Of a DNA stretch of 64,000 nucleotides, positions 1 to 9,578 are shown piece by piece. The position numbers and the translations under genes were made by a program. The notes beneath the pieces are model-generated. The model was given only the letters and a program-made list of their open reading frames with translations, did no database searches and was not told the DNA's origin. The stretch is from positions 1 to 64,000 of the IMG/VR virus record IMGVR_UViG_3300010429_000409; one strand, given 5' to 3'. The DNA comes from a virus (lineage: Duplodnaviria > Caudoviricetes). Numbering within the stretch: position 1 is the first letter of the stretch; every line of letters begins with the position of its first letter.

Positions 1-180
1 TCGGCCGCTTCCTCATCCTCGGCCGCTTCCTCCTCATCCTCGGCCGCTTCCTCCTCATCCTCGGCCGCTTCCTCCTCATCCTCGGCCGCTTCCTCCTCAT
101 CCTCGGCCGCTTCCTCATCATCCTCGGCCGCTTCCTCCTCATCCTCGGCCGCTTCCTCATCCTCGGCCGCTTCCTCATCC
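1..180. repeat. coding tandem repeat, 9 units of 18/21 bp (TCGGCCGCTTCCTC[CTC]ATCC), encoding (EAAEDE[E])n in the SSB acidic tail
   Basis: Units start at 1, 19, 40, 61, 82, 103, 124, 145 and 163; unit lengths are multiples of 3 and there are no unique spacers. Confidence 0.95.
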
Positions 181-1085
181 TCGGCCTCGGCAGCACCCTC
201 GCACTCAGCCTTGCACTGCTCGCTGTACTCACAAGCAGCGCACTCCTCATCGTCATTCCAGTCCAGACCGTAACAGGACTTGCTGCCATCCTCGGTGGCC
301 TCGCCCTCGCCCTCCTCAACCTTCACGCCTGTCAGCATGGCCATGACATCGGCCGGGTTGCGATACATGTTGGCAACCACCTTGAACAGGTCGCACCCGC
401 CCTCGGGCTTGGTGGCTTCCTTGCAGATGCGCACCACCTCCTTGGACAGCTTGATCGGGCGCTTGGCAGACTCCACATCCACCTGCACCTTGTACTTGGT
501 GGCCAGGCCCTTGCCTTTCTTCTCCACCTTCACCAGCACGGCTGCGTTGGGATCGGTGATGTCGCCATTCTCGTTGATGGCATCCAGGAAGCTGGTGTGG
601 ACCGTCTGGCCACAGAAATACACCACAGCCTTGGGGTGCAGCTTGTTCCACTGCTCAGCAGAGCTGGCACGGAAGTCGGTGGGGACCACCCACCACATGT
701 AGCGCGTCTGGGCCCGACACTTCTGCGCCTTTTCCTGGTCCATGTCACCGTTGTAGATGGCCTGGCACACAGGGCACTCGGTTCCCTCTGCCGGCAGGAC
801 CACGCCACGCTTCCTCAGCTGCTCAACCACAAAGGGGTGACGCAGGATGGAAGCATCACCAACCTCCTGGTTGTGGCAGACGGTCATGCCCTCCTTGTCG
901 CCCACGCTGTAGTGCACCTTCAACTCGATGAAAGGCAACCCGGTCGTGGGCTCATCCACATCAGCTTCACCACGGCAAGGCGCCCCAAGATACAGCCGGG
1001 TGTCACCCTCGTTGGGGTTCCAGAACTCACCACTGCTCTGGATTTCCGCCCGCTTTTTCTTGGTCTTGTTCAGGTCCACGCTCAT
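1..1085 (-). CDS. single-stranded DNA-binding protein, T4 gp32-like (runs off the left edge of the window)
   Basis: Not in the ORF track because it has no stop in the window. Manual translation from the ATG at 1085 (ATGA overlap with the upstream stop) gives MSVDLNKTKKKRAEIQSSGEFWNPNEGDTRLYL...VHYSVG...VCH...ECPVC, a gp32-like His/Cys Zn site, followed by a long acidic tail. It follows a UvsY-like gene. Confidence 0.7.
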   Translation of the reverse strand, partial: MSVDLNKTKKKRAEIQSSGEFWNPNEGDTRLYLGAPCRGEADVDEPTTGLPFIELKVHYSVGDKEGMTVCHNQEVGDASILRHPFVVEQLRKRGVVLPAEGTECPVCQAIYNGDMDQEKAQKCRAQTRYMWWVVPTDFRASSAEQWNKLHPKAVVYFCGQTVHTSFLDAINENGDITDPNAAVLVKVEKKGKGLATKYKVQVDVESAKRPIKLSKEVVRICKEATKPEGGCDLFKVVANMYRNPADVMAMLTGVKVEEGEGEATEDGSKSCYGLDWNDDEECAACEYSEQCKAECEGAAEAEDEEAAEDEEAAEDEEEAAEDDEEAAEDEEEAAEDEEEAAEDEEEAAEDEEEAAEDEEAA

Positions 1086-1594
1086 GACTTTCCTCCGCCT
1101 TTCTTGAAGGTTTTGCGAACACCATCAGTCAGTTGTTCCCTGCGAGCCTCGCTGGCCGCAGCCTTGGTTGACATCCCGGTCGCATCCAACTCCGCCCGCA
1201 TCATGGCGCCCTTGGATTGCAGCAGACTGGCTTTGGACTTGAAGGCATCAACGATGGAACGCAGGGTGGTTGCCTCAAGAGTCGCCTGTGCGATGTGACC
1301 CTTGTGCGTCACGAAGTCCTTGCTGGCCTCCGTGATGTCCTTGGCCTTCCACTCCGCAATCTTGGGGTCCTGGGCCAGGATCTTCTTGCCCATGTTGGCA
1401 GCCCAGTTCCTGTAAGAACCATCAGTGTTGATTCGCCTGGCCTCCGCCTCACCCCACAGCCTCCCCCAGAATGCAATCTGGGCAGCCACCTTGTCCATAT
1501 CCTCGCTGACATCACCAATCAGCAACTCCTGATCGATGTCCAATTCAGCGATGGTGCCATCATCCATCCTCACCTTGTACTTGCCAAAGCTCAT
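1082..1594 (-). CDS. UvsY-like recombination mediator (helical protein)
   Basis: 170 aa all-helical protein ending ...LRSIVDAFKSKASLLQSKGAMMRAE, directly upstream of the SSB. Confidence 0.5.
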   Translation of the reverse strand: MSFGKYKVRMDDGTIAELDIDQELLIGDVSEDMDKVAAQIAFWGRLWGEAEARRINTDGSYRNWAANMGKKILAQDPKIAEWKAKDITEASKDFVTHKGHIAQATLEATTLRSIVDAFKSKASLLQSKGAMMRAELDATGMSTKAAASEARREQLTDGVRKTFKKGGGKS

Positions 1595-1899
1595 TTTCCC
1601 TCCTGTTTTGGATTCAGCTTCTTTTTGGCCGCCGGGGAGGCAGAAAACCTCAGCTGGCAGCGATCACCAAATTTCATCGGCTTGTTGAGGATGGGCGACA
1701 CCAGGCGCCTTCCCTTGATCTTGCCAAGATAGAAAGCACCAAAACCAGGGACAGTCACCCGTTCCCCTGCGATCACACGCTCGATGATTGACTCAAAAAG
1801 CAGCTTGATGATCTCCCTGGTCTTGGTCACCCGGCCACAATGCTTGCATCGAACAGAACAAGCCCCAGAATCATGGGCCACTTCATTCAGCCCCGGCAT
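1591..1899 (-). CDS. HU/IHF-family histone-like DNA-binding protein
   Basis: GERVTVPGFGAF...LRFSAS HU signature; basic; 102 aa. Confidence 0.85.
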   Translation of the reverse strand: MPGLNEVAHDSGACSVRCKHCGRVTKTREIIKLLFESIIERVIAGERVTVPGFGAFYLGKIKGRRLVSPILNKPMKFGDRCQLRFSASPAAKKKLNPKQEGK

Positions 1900-4800
1900 C
1901 TCTTCCCTCCTGCTCTTCCTTCCCAGCTGAAGGTGTTTTCGCTGAATCTAGCATCCAAATTTTGCTGGATTCAGTCAGGTGCAGACATTTGTTGTAGCTG
2001 TTCCATTTTCGAGCGTACCAGTCTTTGAGCCCATCCAACTGGAGTGAAGCATACATCCCCGGTCTGATGTGTTCCTTCCACATGTCCCAGCAGTATGAAA
2101 AACACAGCACATCGATGTATTCTCCGGACGGGCCAGCCAGTCCAAAAAATGCCATGTCACGCAGGTTCTTGTCTTTCTTGACCCATAGGTGCGTCACAAC
2201 GCCTGTCAGGATCGGCAGCTTCCCTTCATCATGCGCTCTGTCAATCAGCTTGTGGTAAGACGTCATGGCCTTGACTTTGGCATTCTTGCTCTTCCAGGCA
2301 CGCGTCAAGGTCGGATGCTGACCAGTGACCAGACGTTCCCAAATGGTCAGTTCACGCCCGGCCTCGATTCCTTGCCGGAGGGTTTCAATGTTGACCATGT
2401 ACTGTGCTCGCATCGTATCATGCTGCCGATTTGGGATTGCCAACAGGATGACCGGGGTGCCAACTCCGCTGTCCACAATCTCGCGGTAGTCATCAAAGAT
2501 GTCATAATTGATTTTGATTCGATTCTGCTTCCCACTAGCATCCTCCACGTTGATGTTGGCATACCTCTTGCCCCAACCCATCTTTTCCTTTTCCGCCTCG
2601 CTGGGCAGATCGCCCGTGTGGAAATCACCCACCTGGTTGTATTTCACCTCCACAATGATGCCCAGGACATACACACCTTTGTTGTGATAATCTTTGAAAA
2701 ATGACTCGCTGCTCATGTCTACAATTTTGACCTTGATGTGCTTGGATATGAAATCGCTGTAGGCATCAATTGGGTGCTTCCCAAAGGCCAATGGGCTCAC
2801 CTTCGATGCAACCAGGATCTTTTCTTCCTCCGACCAATCAGGCTCCGCCTTGGAAGCCTTCAGCATCCCTTTCAGTTTGACCGCCCAACCGGCCTTCTTG
2901 ATCACGCCCCAAATTTCATCCATGTGCTCAATGAACCACTTGGTGTTTGGGACCAGCGTGTTCAACGCACCCGCGTTTGCCAGCGCCGTGACCACCCGCT
3001 TGTGCACCTTCCTCCCGACTGCCCGCTCAATGAAATCGCACACGTCCCTGTATGGCTGGTGTTCCATGATTTCAGCAGCAGCAGCTTCGCCCACAAATTT
3101 GATATCACACAGCGAACCTCGGATGGCATTGTGCTTCCGGTCGATGCTGAAGCTCATTTTGGATGCAGAGACATCCGGAGGTAGCATTTCAATGTCATGC
3201 TTCTTGGCATCCTTGGCCACCTGTTGCACCCTGATTCGATCTGGTTCCTGCCTGAGCAGGGAGCAATAGAATTCAATGGGATAATGCTTTTTGAGCCACA
3301 TGCACCAATAAGCAATCATCCCATAGGCTGTGGCATGACTCTTGTTGAATCCATAGGACCCAAAGAATGTGATGGCATCCATGATCTTCCCGGCAACTTC
3401 CTCCGTCATGCCCGGGGTGTTCTTCACAGCGCCCTTGATGAAATTTGACCGTTCCTTCCCGATTGTCTCATCGCCCCATTTTTTGGCAATCTTCTTTCGC
3501 AGCGAGTCTGCCGTTGCCGGTGGGAAGCCTGCCACTTCGGTGAAAATCTTGAGCACATGTTCCTGGTACACGATGATGCCCAATGTGTCAGATGTGATCT
3601 GGCTCACCCTCGGATGGAAAGCTGTCTTTTTGATCAATTTTGGGTTCTTTTTCCGCGCCACATATTGTGTGGCCAATCCGCTCCGCGCCGTTCCAGGTCG
3701 ATTCAGCGCTGTCATGGCGGCCACATCCTCAAAATCGGTGAACTTCACACCAGCACAGATTTTGTCCGCTCCTGGTGAATCGTACTGGAACACACCAACA
3801 TAGTCATGTTCTGTGAAGCCAGCCAACACTTCGGGCTCATTGAGGTCCAGGCGCTCTGGGTCAACAAGAATGCCATGGTGCTCTTGGATCATCTCGATTG
3901 CCCCACGGATGACTGTCATCGTCCGGAGGCCCAGGACATCCATCTTCAGAAGGCCCATCGCCTGGATGCCATACATGTCAATTGCACTTACAATTATGGG
4001 ATTTTTTGAATCCCTGGTCTCCAACGGTATCAAATTGTCCAAGGGCTCCGGGCTGCACACGACACCAGCCGCGTGAATCCCCAGGTTCTTTGCCAATCCT
4101 TCCAGCCGTTTTGCGTGGTGTAGCACCTTGGGATATTTGGCATCAAACTCCCGACACACCTTGAACTCTTTGAATGAGTCCTCAATGGTCTGACTCACAC
4201 GCTCATCCCCGCTGGACCGTTCGATGATGCTGGCTGTTACTTGGTTCACCTCCGCGAATGGCACCTCCAACACTCTGGCAACATCTTTCAAGCACTGCTT
4301 CCCTGACAGCTTCCCGACCGTTGCGATCTGGCACACCTTGTCCTGACCATATTTCACCCGGAGGTATTCAATGATCTCTTGGCGCCGAACATCCTCAAAG
4401 TCCATGTCGATGTCTGGCATGTCAATTCGGTCTGGGCTGATGAATCGTTCAAACAACAACTTGTGTTCGATTGGATCAACTGATGTGATGCCAATCAGGA
4501 ATGACACCAAGGAACCAGCAGCCGAACCTCGGCCGGGCCCACAAGCAATCCCTTGGCTCCTGACCCACTGGTACAAGTTGTGAACCAGCAGGAAGTAAGC
4601 CACAAAATTCTGCCTCTTGATGGAAGCCAACTCCATCTTCAATCTGTCAAGATAGATTTGCAGCTGCTGTTCATAGGTGTTCCCCTCCCGCTTTGCGACA
4701 CGCTCCACACGCCCTGGGATGTCACGCCATTCCCATCCTGTGTGGCACAAATGAATCATGTATTGATACTGGTCGGTGTAACCGTCTGGCAGGTCGATGG

Positions 4801-5785
4801 GAGGCATCAGGCACTTGAATCGGTCGATGACTAGATTGCAATCAACGATGTCTGAAAACAGCACGGTGTTGTCAAGGGCTTCTGTGATCACACCGGCCGG
4901 GATGTAGTTGTGGTGCGTCTGGAAGGCTTGGATCATCTCGCCCCGAGTCCTAAAATGGAAGCCTCGATCACTGAATCTGAATCGGTCAGGATTGCTCATG
5001 GTGTTCCCGGTTCCGATTGCCAACAGAACCTCGTGATGCTCCCAATCCTCCGGCTTGATGTAGTGTGCATCTTGAGTGGCAATGATTCTCGCTTTTTTCC
5101 CCCAACGCTTCCACACCTCGATGGTGAACGTGTTGGCCACAACTTGTTCTCGGATGTTGTGCGGCATGATCTCCAACCACAAGTCCTCGCCAAAATAGTC
5201 AAACATCGAATCACCCAAGGCCAGTGCCGTCTTTTCCCGGCCTTGGTTCACCAGTTCATTCAGGATTCCCCCGCAACAGGCTGAACCGATCATCACGCCT
5301 TCACTGTGTTCAAACAGGGTTTGCAGGTCGATGCGTGGCTTGTAGTAGAATCCTTCAATCCATGACTTCGATGACAACTTGTACAGATTGCGCAATCCTT
5401 CAAGATTTTTGGCCCAAGCCGTCATGTGCCAATCGCCCCGGATGCCTCTCAGCTTCTCAATCCTCCTGACTTCATCCTTGAACTCTTGCCTGTTCCTCCC
5501 CTCCGACAATGATTGTTTCAACGCTTCATCCAAGCCCTTTTGGTGCATATCAGCGCAAACGTAGAATTCAATGCCAAAAATGGGCTTGATTTGCTTTTCG
5601 TTGGATTCCAGCAACAGTTGATACATGCCTCTCATCGAGCCATGCTCTGTAAAGCATACAGCCTTGTGCCCACGCTCCTTGGCCACTTGAACATACTCGG
5701 AAATGCGCCCGCACCCGTCCAACTGGGACATGTCGCTGTGGGTGTGAAGATGCACCATCCTGTCAACTTTGTTAGCCATGGGCAC
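1883..5785 (-). CDS. dnaE: DNA polymerase III alpha subunit (family C)
   Basis: PHP HLHTHS, GPGRGSAAGSLV, FERF, catalytic PDIDMD, GIHAAG, YGFNKSH and C-terminal OB folds; 1300 aa; no intein visible. Confidence 0.97.
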   Translation of the reverse strand: MPMANKVDRMVHLHTHSDMSQLDGCGRISEYVQVAKERGHKAVCFTEHGSMRGMYQLLLESNEKQIKPIFGIEFYVCADMHQKGLDEALKQSLSEGRNRQEFKDEVRRIEKLRGIRGDWHMTAWAKNLEGLRNLYKLSSKSWIEGFYYKPRIDLQTLFEHSEGVMIGSACCGGILNELVNQGREKTALALGDSMFDYFGEDLWLEIMPHNIREQVVANTFTIEVWKRWGKKARIIATQDAHYIKPEDWEHHEVLLAIGTGNTMSNPDRFRFSDRGFHFRTRGEMIQAFQTHHNYIPAGVITEALDNTVLFSDIVDCNLVIDRFKCLMPPIDLPDGYTDQYQYMIHLCHTGWEWRDIPGRVERVAKREGNTYEQQLQIYLDRLKMELASIKRQNFVAYFLLVHNLYQWVRSQGIACGPGRGSAAGSLVSFLIGITSVDPIEHKLLFERFISPDRIDMPDIDMDFEDVRRQEIIEYLRVKYGQDKVCQIATVGKLSGKQCLKDVARVLEVPFAEVNQVTASIIERSSGDERVSQTIEDSFKEFKVCREFDAKYPKVLHHAKRLEGLAKNLGIHAAGVVCSPEPLDNLIPLETRDSKNPIIVSAIDMYGIQAMGLLKMDVLGLRTMTVIRGAIEMIQEHHGILVDPERLDLNEPEVLAGFTEHDYVGVFQYDSPGADKICAGVKFTDFEDVAAMTALNRPGTARSGLATQYVARKKNPKLIKKTAFHPRVSQITSDTLGIIVYQEHVLKIFTEVAGFPPATADSLRKKIAKKWGDETIGKERSNFIKGAVKNTPGMTEEVAGKIMDAITFFGSYGFNKSHATAYGMIAYWCMWLKKHYPIEFYCSLLRQEPDRIRVQQVAKDAKKHDIEMLPPDVSASKMSFSIDRKHNAIRGSLCDIKFVGEAAAAEIMEHQPYRDVCDFIERAVGRKVHKRVVTALANAGALNTLVPNTKWFIEHMDEIWGVIKKAGWAVKLKGMLKASKAEPDWSEEEKILVASKVSPLAFGKHPIDAYSDFISKHIKVKIVDMSSESFFKDYHNKGVYVLGIIVEVKYNQVGDFHTGDLPSEAEKEKMGWGKRYANINVEDASGKQNRIKINYDIFDDYREIVDSGVGTPVILLAIPNRQHDTMRAQYMVNIETLRQGIEAGRELTIWERLVTGQHPTLTRAWKSKNAKVKAMTSYHKLIDRAHDEGKLPILTGVVTHLWVKKDKNLRDMAFFGLAGPSGEYIDVLCFSYCWDMWKEHIRPGMYASLQLDGLKDWYARKWNSYNKCLHLTESSKIWMLDSAKTPSAGKEEQEGRDAGAE

Positions 5786-5788
5786 CTT

Positions 5789-6151
5789 TCAAAAAGCATC
5801 TTTCATGCTGGTGTGTAGTTTGTGCGTGGCCAGAACGTAGTTCACAGCCATCTTGAGTTGCTCCGGGAAATCCACTGTCAACATCCACTGCAGATAGCCT
5901 TGCGCGCCTTCAACTATCTCACTCAATTTCTTCCCCTGGTATTTCCCAAAAAACAACTCGGCATCCACAGCAAGTTTGTCTTCAAATATGACTCTGAATC
6001 TGGCCCCAGACATGTTCTGCGGACGCACAGATGCGACCTTCCCCAGGTCCACACTCCCAACCTTCTTGTCTTTGCCTTTCCAAGGCGAGGGCATCCCCTC
6101 AACCTCTTCACCGGCCAACCAGCGTTCCCAATCTTCCCTTGATGGACTCAT
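5789..6151 (-). CDS. hypothetical protein with DUF3820/ExoX C-terminal-like motif
   Basis: FFGKYQGKKLSEI...YLQWM motif; start placed at the ATG overlapping the MT-A70 stop. Confidence 0.6.
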   Translation of the reverse strand: MSPSREDWERWLAGEEVEGMPSPWKGKDKKVGSVDLGKVASVRPQNMSGARFRVIFEDKLAVDAELFFGKYQGKKLSEIVEGAQGYLQWMLTVDFPEQLKMAVNYVLATHKLHTSMKDAF

Positions 6152-6732
6152 CCTTGTCTCTTCAATATCTTCTGCGGATGCCATCCCGGGAACAAGTTTG
6201 AGCATCTGATCATGTCGCCCCAGGCATCCCATTTGGGTTGTTTCACTTGAGCAAACAGCTCAACCCTCGGGAGGTGACCCATCAAACGCACGATGCGCTT
6301 GTGGACTTCCAACGGTTTGCGGGAGTGCTCCGTGACTGGCTCAATGACCACAGAGTGCACGCCCATGTCCACCCTCTTGGGATTCCCTCGGATTGCAAGC
6401 AGACATGGTTCTGTGTTGGCCCTGCTCCAGTTGCCCATCCCCCAATGCATCTTCCCGTTCTTGGTGGTCTTGACCCACAGAAAACCCAAGGTTTTGTAAC
6501 TGAATCCCCAAGCCTCAATCACCTCAAATGCATCATACAACTTTGGCCATGTCGCCCACAAGAACAAGACGCAATTGTCAGCTGCGATTCTTTCGACTGG
6601 CATGGCCAACAGATCGTCCTGCTTCAGGATGTTGTACTTGTAGACTGCCCCACGTTCCCCGGAACAGCTGTCACGATACTGCCAGGGTGGATCTGCCAGG
6701 ATGATGTTGTACAGCTTCCTCCTGCTCATCAT
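6148..6732 (-). CDS. MT-A70 family adenine methyltransferase
   Basis: ILADPPW, LFLWAT, AWGFSYKT, WVK, HSRKP and ELFA motifs. Confidence 0.92.
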   Translation of the reverse strand: MMSRRKLYNIILADPPWQYRDSCSGERGAVYKYNILKQDDLLAMPVERIAADNCVLFLWATWPKLYDAFEVIEAWGFSYKTLGFLWVKTTKNGKMHWGMGNWSRANTEPCLLAIRGNPKRVDMGVHSVVIEPVTEHSRKPLEVHKRIVRLMGHLPRVELFAQVKQPKWDAWGDMIRCSNLFPGWHPQKILKRQG

Positions 6733-7343
6733 TCCTCCGACGACACCAACTTTTGGTTACGCAGGCACACATCCACAATCCTGTTGACGCCTTCCTTCAC
6801 ACCGATTGTCCCTGTATTGATCATCATCTTGGGGAGTTTCAGGTGTCGGAACACCTCCTGAAACATCCTGTCCAACTTCTCACGCTGGACCTTGGTGGGC
6901 TTCCACCCGTCGCCACGCCCCTTGGCAACAGCGTGGTCACAGACCAACCACACATACAGGACATTGACCCCGCCTGCTCGGATGATTTCTTGCCACACTT
7001 CTGCCATTTCTTGGCAGACGTTCTTGCTTTTGTACAACGTGTCCCATCTGCCAGAACCCAACTGGCCATAGGCCAGTGCAGATGGAAGGCTCCGATCAAG
7101 AACAACCTTGGCTCCGGTCGCTGCCAAGAAATCAGCCGCAAAGAAATCCTCGATGTGGGTGTTCACCTCCACTCCAAACTTCGCCAACCTTTCCTCGGGC
7201 GCTTCCTCGTTGACATTCTTCCGATGGAGGTCTGTGTTGCCATGCCTGAATGGCCGGAAGATGGGGATGCCAAGCACAGATGCCAACTCTTTGGCATAAG
7301 TGCTTTTGCCAACCCCATTGGAGCCTTCCAGGATGATGATCAC
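6729..7343 (-). CDS. deoxynucleoside monophosphate kinase (thymidylate kinase-like)
   Basis: IIILEGSNGVGKST P-loop and VVLDRSLPSALAY (DR motif). Confidence 0.8.
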   Translation of the reverse strand: MIIILEGSNGVGKSTYAKELASVLGIPIFRPFRHGNTDLHRKNVNEEAPEERLAKFGVEVNTHIEDFFAADFLAATGAKVVLDRSLPSALAYGQLGSGRWDTLYKSKNVCQEMAEVWQEIIRAGGVNVLYVWLVCDHAVAKGRGDGWKPTKVQREKLDRMFQEVFRHLKLPKMMINTGTIGVKEGVNRIVDVCLRNQKLVSSEE

Positions 7344-8605
7344 CGTGCCTCCTTCAGCGCCTTGTGCGTCTCATCCAACGCCCACAGCGCCATCTGGATG
7401 TCGCTGTGCGACACGTTCAACGGAGGTGTGAACCGGATAGGACCAAACTGCCTGTGCGTGACCAACGACAAGCCATGATTCCTTCCCTCTGTGATGAACT
7501 GAAAGCCATCATAGCCACCCGCCTCATAGTCAGGCGTGAATGCATTGAGCAACCCAGCCCCATCAAATTCCTTGATCCAAGGCATGCTGCTCCACGTCTG
7601 CCTGATGAACTCGCCCTTGTTCCTGACGAGGTGGATGTTGGCATCCAACCATTGGTACAACTTGATGGCCAAATGGCAACACAGCAGCGTTCCTCCGAAG
7701 GTGTTGAAATGGACGCCAGGCGTGAATGCTCTGGCAATCTCATCCCGTGCCAACATGCAGCTCATCGGGAGGCCCATGGCAATTCCCTTTGACAGAGTCA
7801 TGATGTCGGGCTTCACCCCACACCCTTGCCAGCTGGCAAAATGCCCGGCCCGTCCATTCCCAGCCTGGACATCATCATAGATCAACAGCACCCCGTTCTT
7901 GCTTCTGATGGAATCCAGATGCTCCCAGAACTCGGCCGGATAGGTCTTGACCAGGTTGTTGCCCAACACCGGAGCCAGGATGATGGCGGCCACAGCATCC
8001 CATTCGGGCTCCTTGCCCTCGTGCTCCACCCCGTCTGTGACCACCTGCCAGAATGTCTTGTCATCCAGCACACCAAATCCCTTCGGGATTGGCCCAAACC
8101 CATGCCTGTGGTATGGGCTCACACGAGGGTCGCTGGCGGCCATGGCAAATCCTGTCCTGCCGTGGAAGTTGCCGTTGATGGTCAGGATGACATGGCGCCT
8201 CGGGGCAATCATGTCGAAAGGCACATTGAGGTTCCTGGTGTAACCACGCTCTTTGTCCCACCAGAACTTACGAGCAATCTTGATGGCTGCCTCATTGGCC
8301 TCGGTTCCGGAATTGGCAAAGAACACCCTGTCCATCCCTGTCCGGTCGCAGATGATCTCAGCGGCATCCCATCTGGTCTGGTGCGGATACACGTCCGGAA
8401 GCCTGTGCGGGTTGCCTGTTGCCAAGAAAGAATGGATTGCTTGCAAAAACTCAGGCGTGTTCATCCCCATCGAACACACCCCTTCATCACCCCAAAAGTC
8501 CAGCAGAGGTTCCCCTGCTGCTTGGGTGATGGTTGCCCCCATCCCCTGCTTGACCACCAACGGCATCCGCTCGATGTTCCCCATCAACCTTCTGTTCATG
8601 TCCAT
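7340..8605 (-). CDS. class-III PLP-dependent aminotransferase (ArgD/ornithine aminotransferase-like)
   Basis: FFANSGTEANEAAIK, FHGRT, LIYDDVQAG, PDIMTLSKG (PLP lysine), NTFGG and IRFTPPL. Confidence 0.9.
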   Translation of the reverse strand: MDMNRRLMGNIERMPLVVKQGMGATITQAAGEPLLDFWGDEGVCSMGMNTPEFLQAIHSFLATGNPHRLPDVYPHQTRWDAAEIICDRTGMDRVFFANSGTEANEAAIKIARKFWWDKERGYTRNLNVPFDMIAPRRHVILTINGNFHGRTGFAMAASDPRVSPYHRHGFGPIPKGFGVLDDKTFWQVVTDGVEHEGKEPEWDAVAAIILAPVLGNNLVKTYPAEFWEHLDSIRSKNGVLLIYDDVQAGNGRAGHFASWQGCGVKPDIMTLSKGIAMGLPMSCMLARDEIARAFTPGVHFNTFGGTLLCCHLAIKLYQWLDANIHLVRNKGEFIRQTWSSMPWIKEFDGAGLLNAFTPDYEAGGYDGFQFITEGRNHGLSLVTHRQFGPIRFTPPLNVSHSDIQMALWALDETHKALKEAR

Positions 8606-8625
8606 GGCTTCCTCCGTTCAGACGT

Positions 8626-9570
8626 TCAGATGCGCTTGCCTGTGTAGGGGTCACGTCCCCAAAAAGCCTTGTATTGTTCCGCCCGCTGTTTCATCTCAGC
8701 CATCATGGGGATTTCGGATTTGATGAGGGTCGGTTGTCCGCCATTCAACACGTGGTGGTGCCAGTGCAACGGGCAAGGCGGCAGGCAATCATCACCCACC
8801 AACCTGCGGCGGCACTCTTCCTTGTACACGCATCCGTTGAAAGTGTCACCTTTCAAACATGGCGGAGTGACCAGGTTCCGGAACACCGGATGGATCTTGG
8901 TGGCCAACTCGTTGACCATCCCTTCGATGACCGGCCCCCACACACCAAGCTGAAGAATCCAGCAGCCACGCTTGGAAATGATGTGCTGGATGGCGCCCAT
9001 GTTGAGCTTCCAACTGATACGATGTTGGGCCCCCAACGGGATCAACTCCCTGGCATCCTCCATGGGGATTCCAGCATCCACCATGTTGTTGTAGGCACTT
9101 TCGATGAGTCTCATGGTCTCATCGAATCTGGCCCGCGCTTCAGGATTCTGCTCAACCGTCTGCGGCAGGCGATATTCCCCCAGCGTGGCAAACGTCCCCA
9201 TGTCCTGGATGCGCATCGACTGCGACCACCACGAGGATTCAGACAGATCAGGGATGCGATCCACCATCACGATGTCGCTGCCAAGGCGCTCCGGCGATGG
9301 CTTGACGCCAATCCTGTGCCGCACAGCCTGTTCACGCCAGCTGACACTTACACCCTCCAGCATGAACACAAAGTCGATGTGTTCCCCAACCGGAATGCCC
9401 TGGGCCACAACAGCCTCGAACAATCCCAACACCTCGGCCTTGGGCACATGTTGTTTGATCTCGGCAGGCAACCGGAGCGCATCTGTGCTCTTGGAAGCCT
9501 CCCAAACGCTGTACACCGTTTCCAACGGGTCCTGGGTCCACGACAACAGAGTGACTTTCACCTTGCTCAT
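8626..9570 (-). CDS. thyX: divergent FAD-dependent thymidylate synthase ThyX-like protein
   Basis: EHIDFVF, QAVRHR...SQSMR, GIPMEDARELIP and a Cys-rich C-terminus; start moved to MSKVKV (GAGGTGG RBS). Confidence 0.8.
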   Translation of the reverse strand: MSKVKVTLLSWTQDPLETVYSVWEASKSTDALRLPAEIKQHVPKAEVLGLFEAVVAQGIPVGEHIDFVFMLEGVSVSWREQAVRHRIGVKPSPERLGSDIVMVDRIPDLSESSWWSQSMRIQDMGTFATLGEYRLPQTVEQNPEARARFDETMRLIESAYNNMVDAGIPMEDARELIPLGAQHRISWKLNMGAIQHIISKRGCWILQLGVWGPVIEGMVNELATKIHPVFRNLVTPPCLKGDTFNGCVYKEECRRRLVGDDCLPPCPLHWHHHVLNGGQPTLIKSEIPMMAEMKQRAEQYKAFWGRDPYTGKRI

Positions 9571-9578
9571 CTTCCACC

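Noticed and set aside
1-180. Possible CRISPR array
   Set aside because: Head-to-tail units with no unique spacers, in frame within a CDS.
1883-5785. Intein or intron in DnaE (also checked DnaB and the SF2 helicase)
   Set aside because: Motifs are contiguous, with no C...HN splice junctions or homing-endonuclease motifs; the extra length is C-terminal.
6148-6732. MT-A70 as part of a restriction-modification system
   Set aside because: No cognate nuclease nearby; orphan methyltransferases of this family are common in phages.
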